A stretch of 64,000 bases of DNA from Scyliorhinus canicula. Lineage: Eukaryota. Made by a program: the position numbers and the translations under genes. Where the stretch lies: NCBI RefSeq assembly GCF_902713615.1, contig NC_052168.1, positions 5,704,001 to 5,768,000 of the forward strand, written 5' to 3'. The notes below the pieces were generated by a model, which did no database searches, was not told the origin of the DNA, and was given only the letters and a program-made list of their open reading frames with translations. The first letter of the stretch is position 1. Every line of letters starts with the position of its first letter. Positions 19,226 to 34,991 of this stretch are shown in pieces.

Positions 19226-20105
19226 ACTTGTGACAATAAAGATTTTGGTGACAGAATTGAACATGTAAACTGTCTATTGGAATGGGGTGTGGGGCTTGAT
19301 CACTGCACATTCCTCCCGCCCCAGTGATTAACAGGCCGAGCTACTGTTCCAAAACAGGACAGTCCAGTTGTTGTCTAAACTGCTCCTTATACAGCTGTTT
19401 CAGACCCTCTATCCCCTCTTGGGGGAAAGAATAATAAAGTTCTATTAGACCCATTTAATAACATTTGCTAGCATGAACCAGATGGTTTTCACAAGCCACG
19501 ATTACCAAGACACAAAATATTTATTGGAATTTAAACATCCTCCAGCTGCTAGTTAGGTTTGAACCTCCAGTGCATTGGGTCCCATATTACCACAATATTC
19601 TTCCAAATGTGAGGAATTCTATAATTGATGATGCTTTCCTCTTGCAATCTAGAGTTTAAGTTACCTGGCCTCCTCAAGACTCTGGGACGTATTGCCCTTG
19701 GGAGATTAGGGGGCCAGGCAGCAATAAACTGAACTAAATACACAATTTAACAATAGGGAGCTGTTTGGTGACAGCCCAATACAGATATCACATGTCTTTG
19801 TTTTGAAGGATGCAAGTAGGAGGCAGACACACTCCCCCCTTTGAGAAGGGTCAAAGGCCTTTTCAATAACTTGGTAAGGAAATCCCTTTTGCTGAAGAAT
19901 CTCATGGGACAGAGAAAATAATTAGTGATCAGCTGTTAGACAGCGCGAAACATTTGAACCAATCATGTCAGCTACTGATTTACACAGGGAAACAAATCTG
20001 GTCAGTGACATTTATTTTCAAATACAGCAACATGTCAGAACAGAAATTTAGCATGAAAAAAAAACAAAGCTGGATCACTCTTCAGTGCAAAAGGATTAAA
20101 GTCAG

Positions 20106-22146
<2,041 letters not shown>

Positions 22147-22176
22147 TCAGGTAAAAATTCCCAACCCAAGCTCTTG

Positions 22177-22271
22177 TATTTATATGACTGGGACATCCTG
22201 CAGTCAAACCAATGCTGATTGGCAATCCCATGATAGCCAGTCAGAAACCTTGCATGAATCCAGGCACCAAT
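22177..22271 (-). promoter_or_regulatory. Core promoter of ferritin copy 4 (eroded)
   Basis: TATAAATA 22184-22177; TGACATCA box deleted; second CCAAT changed to CCAGT. Confidence 0.65.
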
Positions 22272-22399
22272 TAAGGGGAAGAGGAGTGGTGCTCCCGAGA
22301 GCCTATCATTTCAGTGGAATGCAGACAAGTTTAGATAATTGTTTTGTGATTGGAACATTGGAACTGGATGAAGCCCTCAAACCGTACCACCGTTGAGTT

Positions 22400-22630
22400 A
22401 TAAAATTTTCTTTTGTTTCATAGATTTAGAGTACCCAGTTCATTTTTTCCAATTGAGGGGCAATTTAGCGTGGCCAATCCACCTACCCTGCACATCTTTG
22501 GGTTGTGGGGGCGAAACCCACGCAAACACGGGGAGAACGTGCAAACTCCACACGGACAGTGACCCAGAGCCGGGATCGAACCAGGGACCTCGGCATCGTG
22601 AGGCAGCAGTGCTAACCACTGTGCTGCCTT
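22400..22630 (-). mobile_element. tRNA-derived SINE
   Basis: Reverse complement has A box GCACAGTGGTTAGC, B box GGTTCGATCCC and the TCTCCCCGTGTTTGCGTGGGTTTC domain. Confidence 0.8.
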
Positions 22631-22930
22631 ACCGTCATTGAGTTTGACCCTTGCTGATCGGAAGTTTAACTCTATATACCTGCTTTGCTGATTGGAGGTT
22701 TAACCATACACCTTACTTGGTTCCATATCCCTTCATACTCTTAGCTAACAAATGGCAGCAATATTAGTTTTTGAAATGTTTGAATGACCCTCAACAGTTT
22801 TGGGGAGAAAAATCCAGATTCCTAGCCTTTTTGTGAAGAAGTGTTTCCTAACAGCTCCCAGAATGGTTTCGCTCCAATTTTAAGATTATGCTGTCCTGGT
22901 CCTGGACTACCTCACAAGAGGAAATTATTT

Positions 22931-24009
22931 CTGACAGAGAAATTTCAGCTAGCTGGGGGGAACGAGCTACGGTACCTGCAGCTCAAAAACTTCCTACGAA
23001 AGGAGACAAGGACGTACCCACAACCGCCACGACAGACACTACTGGAAGACCTACTGGACGCAAGTATCCTAGAGAAAGGGAACTGTAGTGACATGTATGA
23101 CCGACTGGTAGATAGGGACGACACCGTACTGGACGCAACAAGGAGGAAATGGGAGGACGACCTGGGGATGGAGATCGGGTGGGGACTCTGGAGCGAAGCA
23201 CTGCATAGGGTCAACTCCACCTCCACGTGCGCAAGGCTCAGCCTGACGCAACTAAAAGTGGTACATAGAGCCCACTTAACAAGAACCCGTATGAGTAGGT
23301 TCTTCCCGGAGGTGGAAGACAGATGTGAAAGGTGCCAAAGAGGCCCGGCCAACCACGCCCACATGTTCTGGTCCTGCCCCAGACTCGTGGAGTACTGGAC
23401 AGCCTTCTTCGAGGTAATGTCCAAAGTGGTGGGAGTGAGGGTGGAGCCATGCCCGATAGTGGCGGTCTTCGGGGTTTCAGAACAGCCAGATCTATTCCTG
23501 GGGAGGAGGGCGGATGCCCTTGCCTTTGCCTCCCTGATCGCCCGCCGTAGAATCCTGTTTGGCTGGCGGTCAGCAGCACCGCCCAGAGCTGCGGACTGGC
23601 TGTCCGACCTCTCGGAATCTCTCCAAATGGAGAAAATCAAATTTGCCATCCGAGGGTCGGACGACGGCTTCCACAGAACGTGGGAGCCATTCATGCAACT
23701 GTTCCGGGACCTATTTGTGGCCAATGTACAAGAGGAAGAATAGTCGGGGGAAGGTAGCGGGAGGGGGGGGGGGGCTACAGGTTCGTTACGGGGGTTCGAT
23801 GGCTAGCTAAGGCCCAAAACCAAGCTAAATAAACATGTTGAGGGGGGGGGGGGGGGGCGCAGTTACTACTACGAAGATGCTTACCTGTAAATATGTATGT
23901 TAATTTTTGCGTGTTTGTTTTTGTTTGTTTTTTTTTTTCTCTCTCCTAACAATTTGTAATTTGTTCAATATAAAATACGAAAACTGAATAAAAACATTTA
24001 TTAAAAAAA
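22931..24009 (+). mobile_element. Young 5'-truncated L1-clade LINE
   Basis: Uninterrupted ORF2 C-terminus with CCHC-type motif (CERC...HMFWSC) to stop at 23743; AATAAA 23987-23992; poly(A); perfect 15-bp TSD AAGAGGAAATTATTT (22916-22930, 24010-24024). Confidence 0.93.
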
Positions 24010-24870
24010 AAGAGGAAATTATTTGTCCCTCTCTATCATATCAAATCAATATCAGTAACAAAAACAATGACATCAACATGATATCATATAATATGGACTT
24101 ATGCAGTACAAATTCGAAAGAGTTTCAAACAAATTGGAGTTGAGAGGTCAGGTGACCTTTCCCTTCCTGTCGATGTACATGGAACTTCACAAGACCGTGG
24201 GTTAATCTTCAGATTGAGTTCAGTCATTAAAATGCAAATGAATTTTCAGCACATATCTTGTGAGATATGGAATTGAACAGAGATCCTGGAATTGAAGCTC
24301 GCACTTTCTGTGGTTAATAGTCACCCTTCTGCTGTTTTCACAATACTGTTTTCACAATACTGCTTGCAGACCTTCTGCCTTTGGAATTGAAATCCAGAGA
24401 ATGGGTGCGGAAAACTCCCTATTCCTATCAGGGTGATTTGCGAGTGGGTGAAACCCGGGGCCATTGTTTGACAACGGCTCAACAGTCAGAAACTGTTTGT
24501 GAGGACGATGGACAGAAAGAGGCGCATTTTTAGAGCAGAAAAGAGAGGGAGAGCTAGAACAGAGCAGAAACAAGACCTGTCTCGGTATCATCAGTTGGAA
24601 GAGAACTCGGATTATTGTTTAATTCCCCGTTGGAGGAATTGAACCGCGTTTTCGCTACAGGGCTTTTGTTGTACCTCGACTGGAGTGGAACAAGAGAAAT
24701 CTGCAATTCAAACAATAATCCACAACAAACCTGACTTCCCAAACCTCCAGATTCTATTCTTCTGTGGAGAAAAGAATTACTGGTCTACAAAGTTTCATGG
24801 CTTTGTGTGATGAAAAAAGCACGTGACAGAACACTCACATTTTGAGGACCTAATTGCAGAGTACCTTTCT

Positions 24871-27726
24871 TTTTTTAAATAATATTTTATTAAGGTTTTT
24901 GAAAATTTTTCTAACAGTAACAAAAACAATGACATCAGAGGAGGAGCCGTTACCAATACTCCGAGACTGATGTCTTTACATGACGCCGCCTCCATCCGCT
25001 CCATACCGACCCCTCCCTCCACTACCCCCCCCCCCCCCCCCCCCCCTCCTCCCCCCCCGGAATTCTGCATCTGCTGACATTGTTAATTTTCCCCGAGAAA
25101 GTTGACGAACGGCTGCCACCTCCGGGTGAACCCGACCGTTGACCCCCCCCTTAAGGCGAACTTCATCTTCTCGAGACTGAGAAACCCAGCCATGTCACTA
25201 ACCCAGGTCTCTACACTCGGGGGCTTTGAGTCCCTCCACATTAATACGTTCCGTCTCCAGGCTACCAGGGAGGCAAAGGCCAGGACGTCGGCCTCTTTCG
25301 CCCCCTGAACTCCCGGCTCTTCCGACACTCCAAAGATTGCTACCTCCGGACTCGGCACTACCTGTGTTTTTAGCACCGTGGACATTGCCTCAGCGAAATC
25401 CTGCCAAAACTCTCTAAACTTCGGGCATTCCCAAAACATGTGGACATGATTTGCTGGGCTTCCCGTGCACCTCGCACACCTGTCCTCTACCCCGAATACC
25501 TTGCTCACCCTAGCCACTGTCATGTACGCCCGGTGGACTACCTTAAATTGTATCAGGCTGAGCCTGGCACATGATGAGGAGGTATTAACCCTGCTTAGGG
25601 CATCCGCCCATAGACTCGCCTCCATCTCTCCTCCTAGCTCATCCTCCCACTTGCCTTTAAGCTCCTCCACCGGAGTTTCCTCTGCCTCCGAAAGCTCCTG
25701 GTAAATATCCGATACCTTCTCCTCTTCCACCCAGGTAATGGAAACTACTCTATCCTGTACCCCCATGGCGGCAGCAGCGGAAAGGCCGGCACCTGTTTTC
25801 TCAGGAAGCCTCGCACCTGCAAATACCTAAACCTGTTCCCTGCTGTCAATTCAAATTTATCCTCCAAAGCTTTCAAGCTGGGAAAGCTCCCATCTATAAA
25901 TAGATCCCCCATCCTTCTAATTCCTGCCCTCTGCCAACTCCGGAACCCGCCATCTAGCCTACCCGGTACAAACCTGTGGTTGTTATAAATCGGGGTCCAA
26001 ATCGATGCTCCCTCTCCTCTCTTATATCTCCTCCGCTGCCCCCAGATCCTCAGAGCCGCCACTACCACCGGACTTGTGGAGTATCGGGTCGGTGAGAACG
26101 GCAGAGGTGCCGTTACTAATACTCCGAGACTGATGTCTTTACATGACGCCGCCTCCATCCGCTCCCATACCGACCCCTCCCTCCACTACCCACTTCCTGA
26201 TCATGGCTATATTAGCCGCCCAGTAGTAATTGCAGAAGTTCAGCAGCGCCAACCCACCCTTCCCCCGACTGTGCTTCAGCAACACTTTGTTCCCTCGCGG
26301 GGCTTTACCCGCCCACACAAAGCCCAAAATAATCTTATTCACCCGCTTGAAAAAGGCCTTCGGGTTGAAGATGGGGAGGCACTGAAAGACAAACAGAAAT
26401 CTGGGGAGGACCTTCATTTTCACGGTCTGTACTCTCCCCGCCAGTGATAGCGGGAGCATGTTCCATCTCTTAAAAGTCCCCTTCCATTTGTTCTACCAAC
26501 CGGGATAGGTTTAACCTGTGCAGTGCCTCCCATTCCCGAGCTACCTGGATTCCCAGATATCGAAATCTCTTCCCTACCATTCTAAGCGGCAGCTCTCCCA
26601 GTCTCTTCTCCTGCCCTCTTGCCTGGATCATGAACATCTCGCGATGTTCTCTCGAATTGAACCCCATGTTCAATTCATACCCCGTAAAATGGCCAAAGTG
26701 CCACAAGATTCGCATTACTTCCCCCATCCCCTCCAACGGGTCTGAAATGTACAAGAGCAGGTCATCTGCGTAGAGTGAGACCCGGTGCTCCACCCCCCCT
26801 GAACCAGCCCTTTCCAGTTCCTAGAGGCTCTTAACGCCATGGCCGATGGCTCTATGGCCAGAGCAAACAGCAGTGGGGAGAGGGGGCACCCTTGCCTCGT
26901 CCCTTGGTGTAGTTCAAAATACCCCGACCTCAGCCGGTTCGTACGCCCACTCGCTACTGGTTGCCTGATAGAGCAACCACACCCAGTCAATAAAGCCCTC
27001 ACAAAACCCAAACCTTCCCAGCGCCTCCCACAGGTAATTCCACTCCACCCGATCAAACACCTTCTCCGCATCCATCGTTACCACTACCTCCGCCTCCTCT
27101 CCTTCTCAGGGCATCATAATAACATTTAGAAGCCTTCGAACATTGGCTTTGAGTTGCCTGCCCTTAACAAATCCCATCTTGTCTTCCCCTGTCATCTCCG
27201 GGACATAATCCTCTATCTTTGCGGCCAGTATCTTAGCCAGCAGTTTGGCGTCCACATTCAGTAGAGAAATCGGCCTGTATGACCCACATTGCTCCGGATC
27301 CTTCTCCCGTTTCAAGATCAATGAGATCGAGGCCTGCTACATTGTTCGGGGGAGGACACCCTTCTCTCTTGCTTCATTAAATGTCCTCACCAGCAGTTGG
27401 CTCAATATCTCTGAAAACGTCCTATAGAATTCCACTGGATAGCCGTCAGGCCCCGGGGCCTTGCCCGACTGCAGGCCCTCCAGCCCCTTGATTATTTCCT
27501 CAATCTCAATTGGGGCTCCCAGCCCCTCCACCAGATCCTCCTCCACCCTCGGGAACCTCAACTGATCCAGAACTTGCCCCATCCCCTCCACCCCAGTCGG
27601 GGGTTCCGACTCACATAATTGACTATAAAAGTCCTTAAACACCTCGTTCACCCCCGCTGGGTCCAGGACAGTATTCCCGCCTCTACTTTACCTACCCCTC
27701 CATGGCCACCATCGGAAGTCCCATAT
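24871..27726 (-). mobile_element. Degenerate L1-clade LINE (ORF2 RT and C-terminus)
   Basis: Frameshifted ORF2 pieces KAPGPDG, YRPISLLNVDAK, GTRQGCPLSPLLF, YADD, CARC...HMFWEC; poly-T at left end; 9-bp TSD TACCTTTCT (24862-24870, 27727-27735). Confidence 0.92.
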
Positions 27727-27762
27727 TACCTTTCTAATCACAATCTTTCCGAGTGTGGGTGT

Positions 27763-28467
27763 TGTAATAATATGTATAATCTAAGGAGAGTAAAGGGTTA
27801 ATAAGATGATGTTCATGTATCTCAACACTAGATGGCATCGCTGAGTAGTCTTATAAAAGGCTGCGTCTCTAAGCATTCTTGGAGAAGCTGTTGGAGAAGG
27901 ATAGTGTAAGGTTGAGTTAGAGTATTGGTTGTATTAGAAATAATTAATTAATTACTGTGACGTACATTCAGTACTATTATTTTGTTAGCTGAGTAGAGTG
28001 TGTGAACCATTTCAAGTAACAATAATATAATAATCGCTTATTATCACAAATAGGCTTCAATAAAGTTACTGTGAAAAGCCCCTAGTCACCACATTCCTGT
28101 GCGTGCTCGGGGATGGGGCTGTTTAGCTCACAGGGCTAATTGCTGGCTTTGATTAGACCAAGGCAAGCCAGCAGCACGGTTCGATTCCCGTAACAGGCGC
28201 CGGAATGTGGCGACTAGGGGCTCTTCACAGTAACTTCATTTGAAGCCTACTCGTGACAATAAGCGATTTTCATTTCATTTTCGGGAGGCTGGTACGGGAA
28301 TTGTACCCGCGCTGCCTGCCTTGTTCTGCATGATAAGCCAGCTGTTTAGCCCACTGTGCTAAATCAGGCTCGAGTGTAAAATAAACTAGCTTTGGTTTAA
28401 ATATATAGCTTAATGTTCTTTGTAAACACTTTTGACTATCTTGGAGAACAATAAAAGGAACATTACA
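27763..28467 (+). mobile_element. Solo LTR with nested SINEs
   Basis: Termini TGTAAT...ATTACA; perfect 5-bp TSD GGTGT; TATAAAA and AATAAA inside; a minus-strand SINE (about 28020-28370) is itself split by a plus-strand SINE (about 28115-28280). Confidence 0.8.
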
Positions 28468-30702
28468 GGTGTAAGTCTGTACGAGTTGGTTGTGGTTGTG
28501 GTGTGGAGTGATGAATAATGAAAATGTATCTTTATTTGTTAAACCTTGCCAGGAAGCCTGACATTTGTTGGTGGGTTCAGCACTCAGGGTGAAAACATTT
28601 TTTTGTCCTTTTTGCAAAATCACATCTGCCTTCGGTGAGTTGTGAGATGGGAAAAGGGGAAATCATCCCCATCTTCTCTCTCCTGACACACACACCGATT
28701 AACTACCATCTCCACGTCAAGTGTAAGCGCCCCTTATTCGTCAATGAGGAAATGCAAGACAATTCTATGCAAACTGTCATAATTTAACCCTTTCGCTCCT
28801 AGTAGCAGTCTGGTCAATCTGGGCACTCACTCCAAAGCCAATATATATCAGACCTGAAGTGTTCCAGATGTTTTCTAACTTACTTTACACAACTGCGCAG
28901 AGCGTCCATCCCTTTTTATTCCACGCCCATTGAGATCAAGACTAAAATTCAAATAGTCTTTTCAATTCATTTTAATGTCTGCTGAATGGTTTTTGTCATT
29001 TCTGTAGATGGACCCCTACCTCTCCCTGGTCCTGGACGTTCCCCTGCTCGTCACCATTTAGTAAACACTGATTAATCTTTTCCACTATTAAATTCATAAC
29101 CCATTTCATCTGTCACTGTTTTGTACACTCATGTAATCTATCAATACCCCTTTGCACCTTCCTGCTCCTTAAGGTACCATGGTAACCAATTTAGTGTCAT
29201 TAGGAAACTTGGCTCCTTATTCCAATCCATATTGATTATGAACAATTAAACATTGGGGACTGGGTATAGAAACCTTGGGGAGGAAGAATGATTGGCCACA
29301 TCCGGCCAATTCAAGGACACACTCACTCCTCGATCTGCTATTTTCCAATCAATCTCCGCTCTCGTCTGTAGATCACTAGTTCAATTTGCCCCCCCAGTAA
29401 TCTCACGTGAAACGTTATCAGTGATGTGGGTTCCTTTGACTTCCCTCAAGCCGAACTTGATGTCTGCTCCTGTTGTCAGAATCAGAGTTTCACATCAGAT
29501 CTCAAAGATCCAAGGGCTCACATGTGGGAGGTTTCCCCACGTTTGATCCAGGTTAAAATCCATGTCTTGGAATATTGCTGGGCAAAGTCCAGAACTACAG
29601 TCCGTAACCTCAAAGATTCACAATGTTGACCACAATAGATTGAAATAGACAGACCTGCACCAGACAGTCAGATCAACGGACAGTTTGGGGGGGTGGGGGG
29701 AAAGGAGAAATTGAAAGTGGATTAGTGATACACTCCTCCCTCCCCTTACCCCTTCCCAAGTTGAAGAACTGGAAGCTGCATGCTCAGTTTTCCTATCTGC
29801 AAACTACTCCTTGACCATTTGCCTCAGATCAAGCCCGAGATCAGGTGTAATGCCCATTATTGTCAGCTTAGATATTGTATGTCTCCCTGTGGGGACCATA
29901 AATTGAAATCAACATGGGAGCAAGTGGAGGACTTCCCTGTCCACTCCACACACTGGCTTTGTAATGGACAAAGAAAAAAAGAAATATTTTACACTTCTGC
30001 TTTATGCATGTGGTGATGTGCCTGTGCATGGTTTGGTATATAATCAATGCTTATAGCTATCAATGGGACCTTCAACCAGCTGGTGGCAATAGAGATCTAC
30101 TGTGTGGCAAAATACATAGTAGTTGGTAGTAAGTCATAAAAGAGGATAGTTGCACTAGCTCCAGGTGATTTCATTTATTCATTGTCTATCACCTTTCCCT
30201 ACTAGTCAAATAATTAGATGTGTACATCTGTACTATGCTTTGTTATAGGCAAGGGGTCTTCAAGATTAAACTAGCCATTTTATCATTCCACACCTGCACA
30301 TGGAGTTTGACCAAATTGACCTGCGCTCTCATACTCACATTGGTGTCATCCACATTCCTTTTCCAGGACAGCAGATATTTTCTAGGTTGAAGAGCCAATA
30401 CTGACCCACCCCTTCTCCAATGAGGTGTAACCACAAGCACAGTATTAGCAAAATGTAACAAAAAAAAAAAAAACAAACAAACACTCTTCTCTACATGCTT
30501 CCCTTGGGCAGATATGGAATGGTGAGGGACACAAGATTTTTTTTTTGTTGGAGAAAACTATGTCAGACACTAAATTTGATCAAGAAAGTGATCAGGACCA
30601 ACCGTTTTGACGAAGACTTTTATTTGCAATTAACAACCAAATCATCAACTAGTTATACTTCTTTTCTACCACATTAGAGAATTAATGCTTCTCGAATCCC
30701 AA

Positions 30703-32396
<1,694 letters not shown>

Positions 32397-32450
32397 CTTC
32401 ACTGTTAACTAGAAAATGGTACAACTGACCCTTCTTACCACAGGCTCTTG

Positions 32451-32593
32451 TATTTATACAGCTGGGACAGGGAATGACATCATCAATAATGATTGACAAT
32501 CCCTGATAGCCAATAAAGAACCGGCCATGAATCCAGGCATCAATTAATCAATGAGAAGAGGTTGTGGGGGAGGTTTTAAACCCCAGAGCCAAT
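32451..32593 (-). promoter_or_regulatory. Core promoter of ferritin copy 5
   Basis: TATAAATA 32458-32451; TGACATCA, TGATAG-CCAAT and distal CCAAT retained. Confidence 0.72.
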
Positions 32594-33321
32594 CAGAGCT
32601 TTGGAATCCAGACCTGGTTGGCAGATTCATCTCGATGATGTCACTGCTTTTACTTTCCTTGACCTTCTTCAGATGTGAAAATGTCTCGTTGTTGAACTCT
32701 CCCATTTTAACTCAATGATAATTGGTTCCTTTTGCTGAAGTGGGTTTTCATAACCTGGACAAGTTTGTTACTGGCCAGGAACAGTGGAGCTGATACAATA
32801 TTCAAACAATCAGGTCATTGTGAGGGAATTTCCTAACCAACCACTGGAGAGGGAAATGGAATTATGGGAATGGGAGGGGTGGACCATCACTGAATCCAAC
32901 GTCACCCACGGACACGTCTCCATTTACTGTGTTTGGGGACAGGCTGGATGGAGCAGCTGGTCTTTTCCTGCCCGTCAATGTTGTGCGTTAGATGAGTCCT
33001 TTTATGGTCAACTTTCAATGTGGCTGAAGCCTCTCAGGAGAGATGTCACCGATGGGCACAGTTGACCCACCTGAAGAGAAAGTGTATCCGGGTATTTACA
33101 CCGATTCTGGTGAAAAAGGATCCGAGATGCAGCGACTGTCCTGTGGTCACAAAGGGCTTTGTCCAAACTGAGGGACATCACATGGTCACTCAAATGGCCA
33201 TCCAAGTGGACATGAGAGACTTTGCTGAAGGTCTGGGTCACTGATGCTAAGGGAACTACTGATTGATGCTTTCTACAGGAAACTCTTTGAATTCAATATC
33301 ACAACCTGGAGGGAGTGGGGA

Positions 33322-33860
33322 TAAGAACAAAGAACAGTACAGCAAAGGAACAGGCCCTTCGGCCCTCCAAGCCTGTGCCGACCATGCTGCCTGTCTAAAC
33401 TAAAACCTTCTACACTTCTGGGGTCCGTATCCCTCTATTCTCACCCTATTCACGTATTTGTCAAGATGCACCTTAAACATCACTATTGTCCCTGCTTCCA
33501 CCACCTCCCCTGGCAGCCAGTTCCAGGCACCGACTACCCACTGTGTAAAAATACTTCCCTCGCACATCTCCTCTGAACTTTGCTCTTCGCACCTTAAACC
33601 TATGTCCCCCTCGTAATTGACTTTTCCACCCTGGGAAAAAGTTTCTGATTATCCACTCTATCCATGCGCCACATAATTTTGTAGACTTCTAACCGGTCGC
33701 CCCTCAACCTCCGTCGTTCCAGTCAAAACAATTTGGGTTTATCCAACCCCTCCTCATAGCTGAATACCCTACAGACCAAGCAACATCCTGGTAAACCTCT
33801 TCATATCCTCTCCGAAGCATTGACATCCTTCTGGTAGGGTGGCGACCAGAATTTTACGCA
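33322..33860 (-). mobile_element. CR1 LINE 3' fragment
   Basis: Reverse complement matches the 3' end of the CR1 at 46741-48134 (TTCTGGTCGCCAC...GAAGGGCCTGTTCC...TTCTTTGTTCTT); absent at the paralogous site near 39335. Confidence 0.85.
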
Positions 33861-34883
33861 ATGAGTATGAAAAGCTCGCAGTGGTGCGGAGAATAAGAAA
33901 ACTGAAAGTGACCAGAAATTGTGAGTGATGCGGGGTAGAGGAACATGGAGTGACTGAAACTCCATGGTTCTCTATTTCCCTTTAGTATTGTGTTGTGGCG
34001 ACACGTCCTCAACTTAACAAAGCCCTCCTGGTGTTCACCATATTTGACCCTGCTCGGGCCATTCAGCCGCTGCATTGTCACACAGCTTACAGGCAGTTGG
34101 CTGAAAATTCATTATACTCAGTGCAGATCTCAACAATGTTTCTGGGACTAACTTAGAAAAATGGATAATTGCAGTGGTAGCATCAATGGTTAAATCTCTT
34201 TATTGGGGCTAACGAAACAAATGGAGGTCGATGGAGATGTGGAAAGTACACAGGCCATTAGGTGTGAAATGCTTATTCATTCATGAGCGGTGGGCAGTAT
34301 TTCTAGTCTCTGCCTAATTGTCCTTCCACTGAATGCTGGGCCGTTTCAGAATCAACCACATTGATGTGGATCTAGACTCACATGTAGATCAGACTAAGCT
34401 AACATGGCATATTTCCTTCCACAAAGCCGTTGTGTTTTTACAGCTGTAATGGCCCTTCCTGCTAATATCTTATTTCTCCTCTTTATTTTTGCAGTTATTG
34501 ACAGATGCTTGATGGACATGTATCTTTAGGTCATGTAGCAGAGAGAGTTTACAAAATATTATACGGCGTTGTGCTCTGTGGCACCCAAGAGATGATGGGG
34601 TGGCACTTGGTTGGGTGGGTGGACATCGAATTGCCTAAAAGGCTGTATTCTGACAGGTAACAGGTGGTGGTTGGAGCCTGCCCAAGTTGGACAATTTCCA
34701 GAGAACTAAAGGAAAGCAGAGAAGAGGCCTGGTCAGAGGCCTGGTCACAGAGAGAAAAAGGACCTGCTCTCTCCCCCCATTAAAAGCTGCGGTATTTCTG
34801 AACCTGCAGCGACCTGAATGAATCTGCCAAAACTTAGAACTGAAAACCTGTATTAAAGCAAGGTGTGTTCAAAACTAGCAACA

Positions 34884-34991
34884 CCCGTATCAGCCTCCCC
34901 AAACAGGTGCAGGAATGTGACAACTAGGGGCTTTTCACAGTAACTTCATTGAAGCCTACTCGTGACAATAAGTGATTTTCATTTTATTTTC
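34884..34991 (+). mobile_element. 5'-truncated SINE flanked by 38-bp direct repeats
   Basis: SINE tail GGAATGTGACAACTAGGGGCTTTTCACAGTAACTTCATT...; direct repeats at 34846-34883 and 34992-35029. Confidence 0.7.

Noticed and set aside
22841-23743. 300-aa ORF as a host gene, and its 259-aa antisense ORF
   Set aside because: Truncated L1 ORF2 read in from flanking DNA through the TSD, starting at GTG; the antisense ORF is its shadow.
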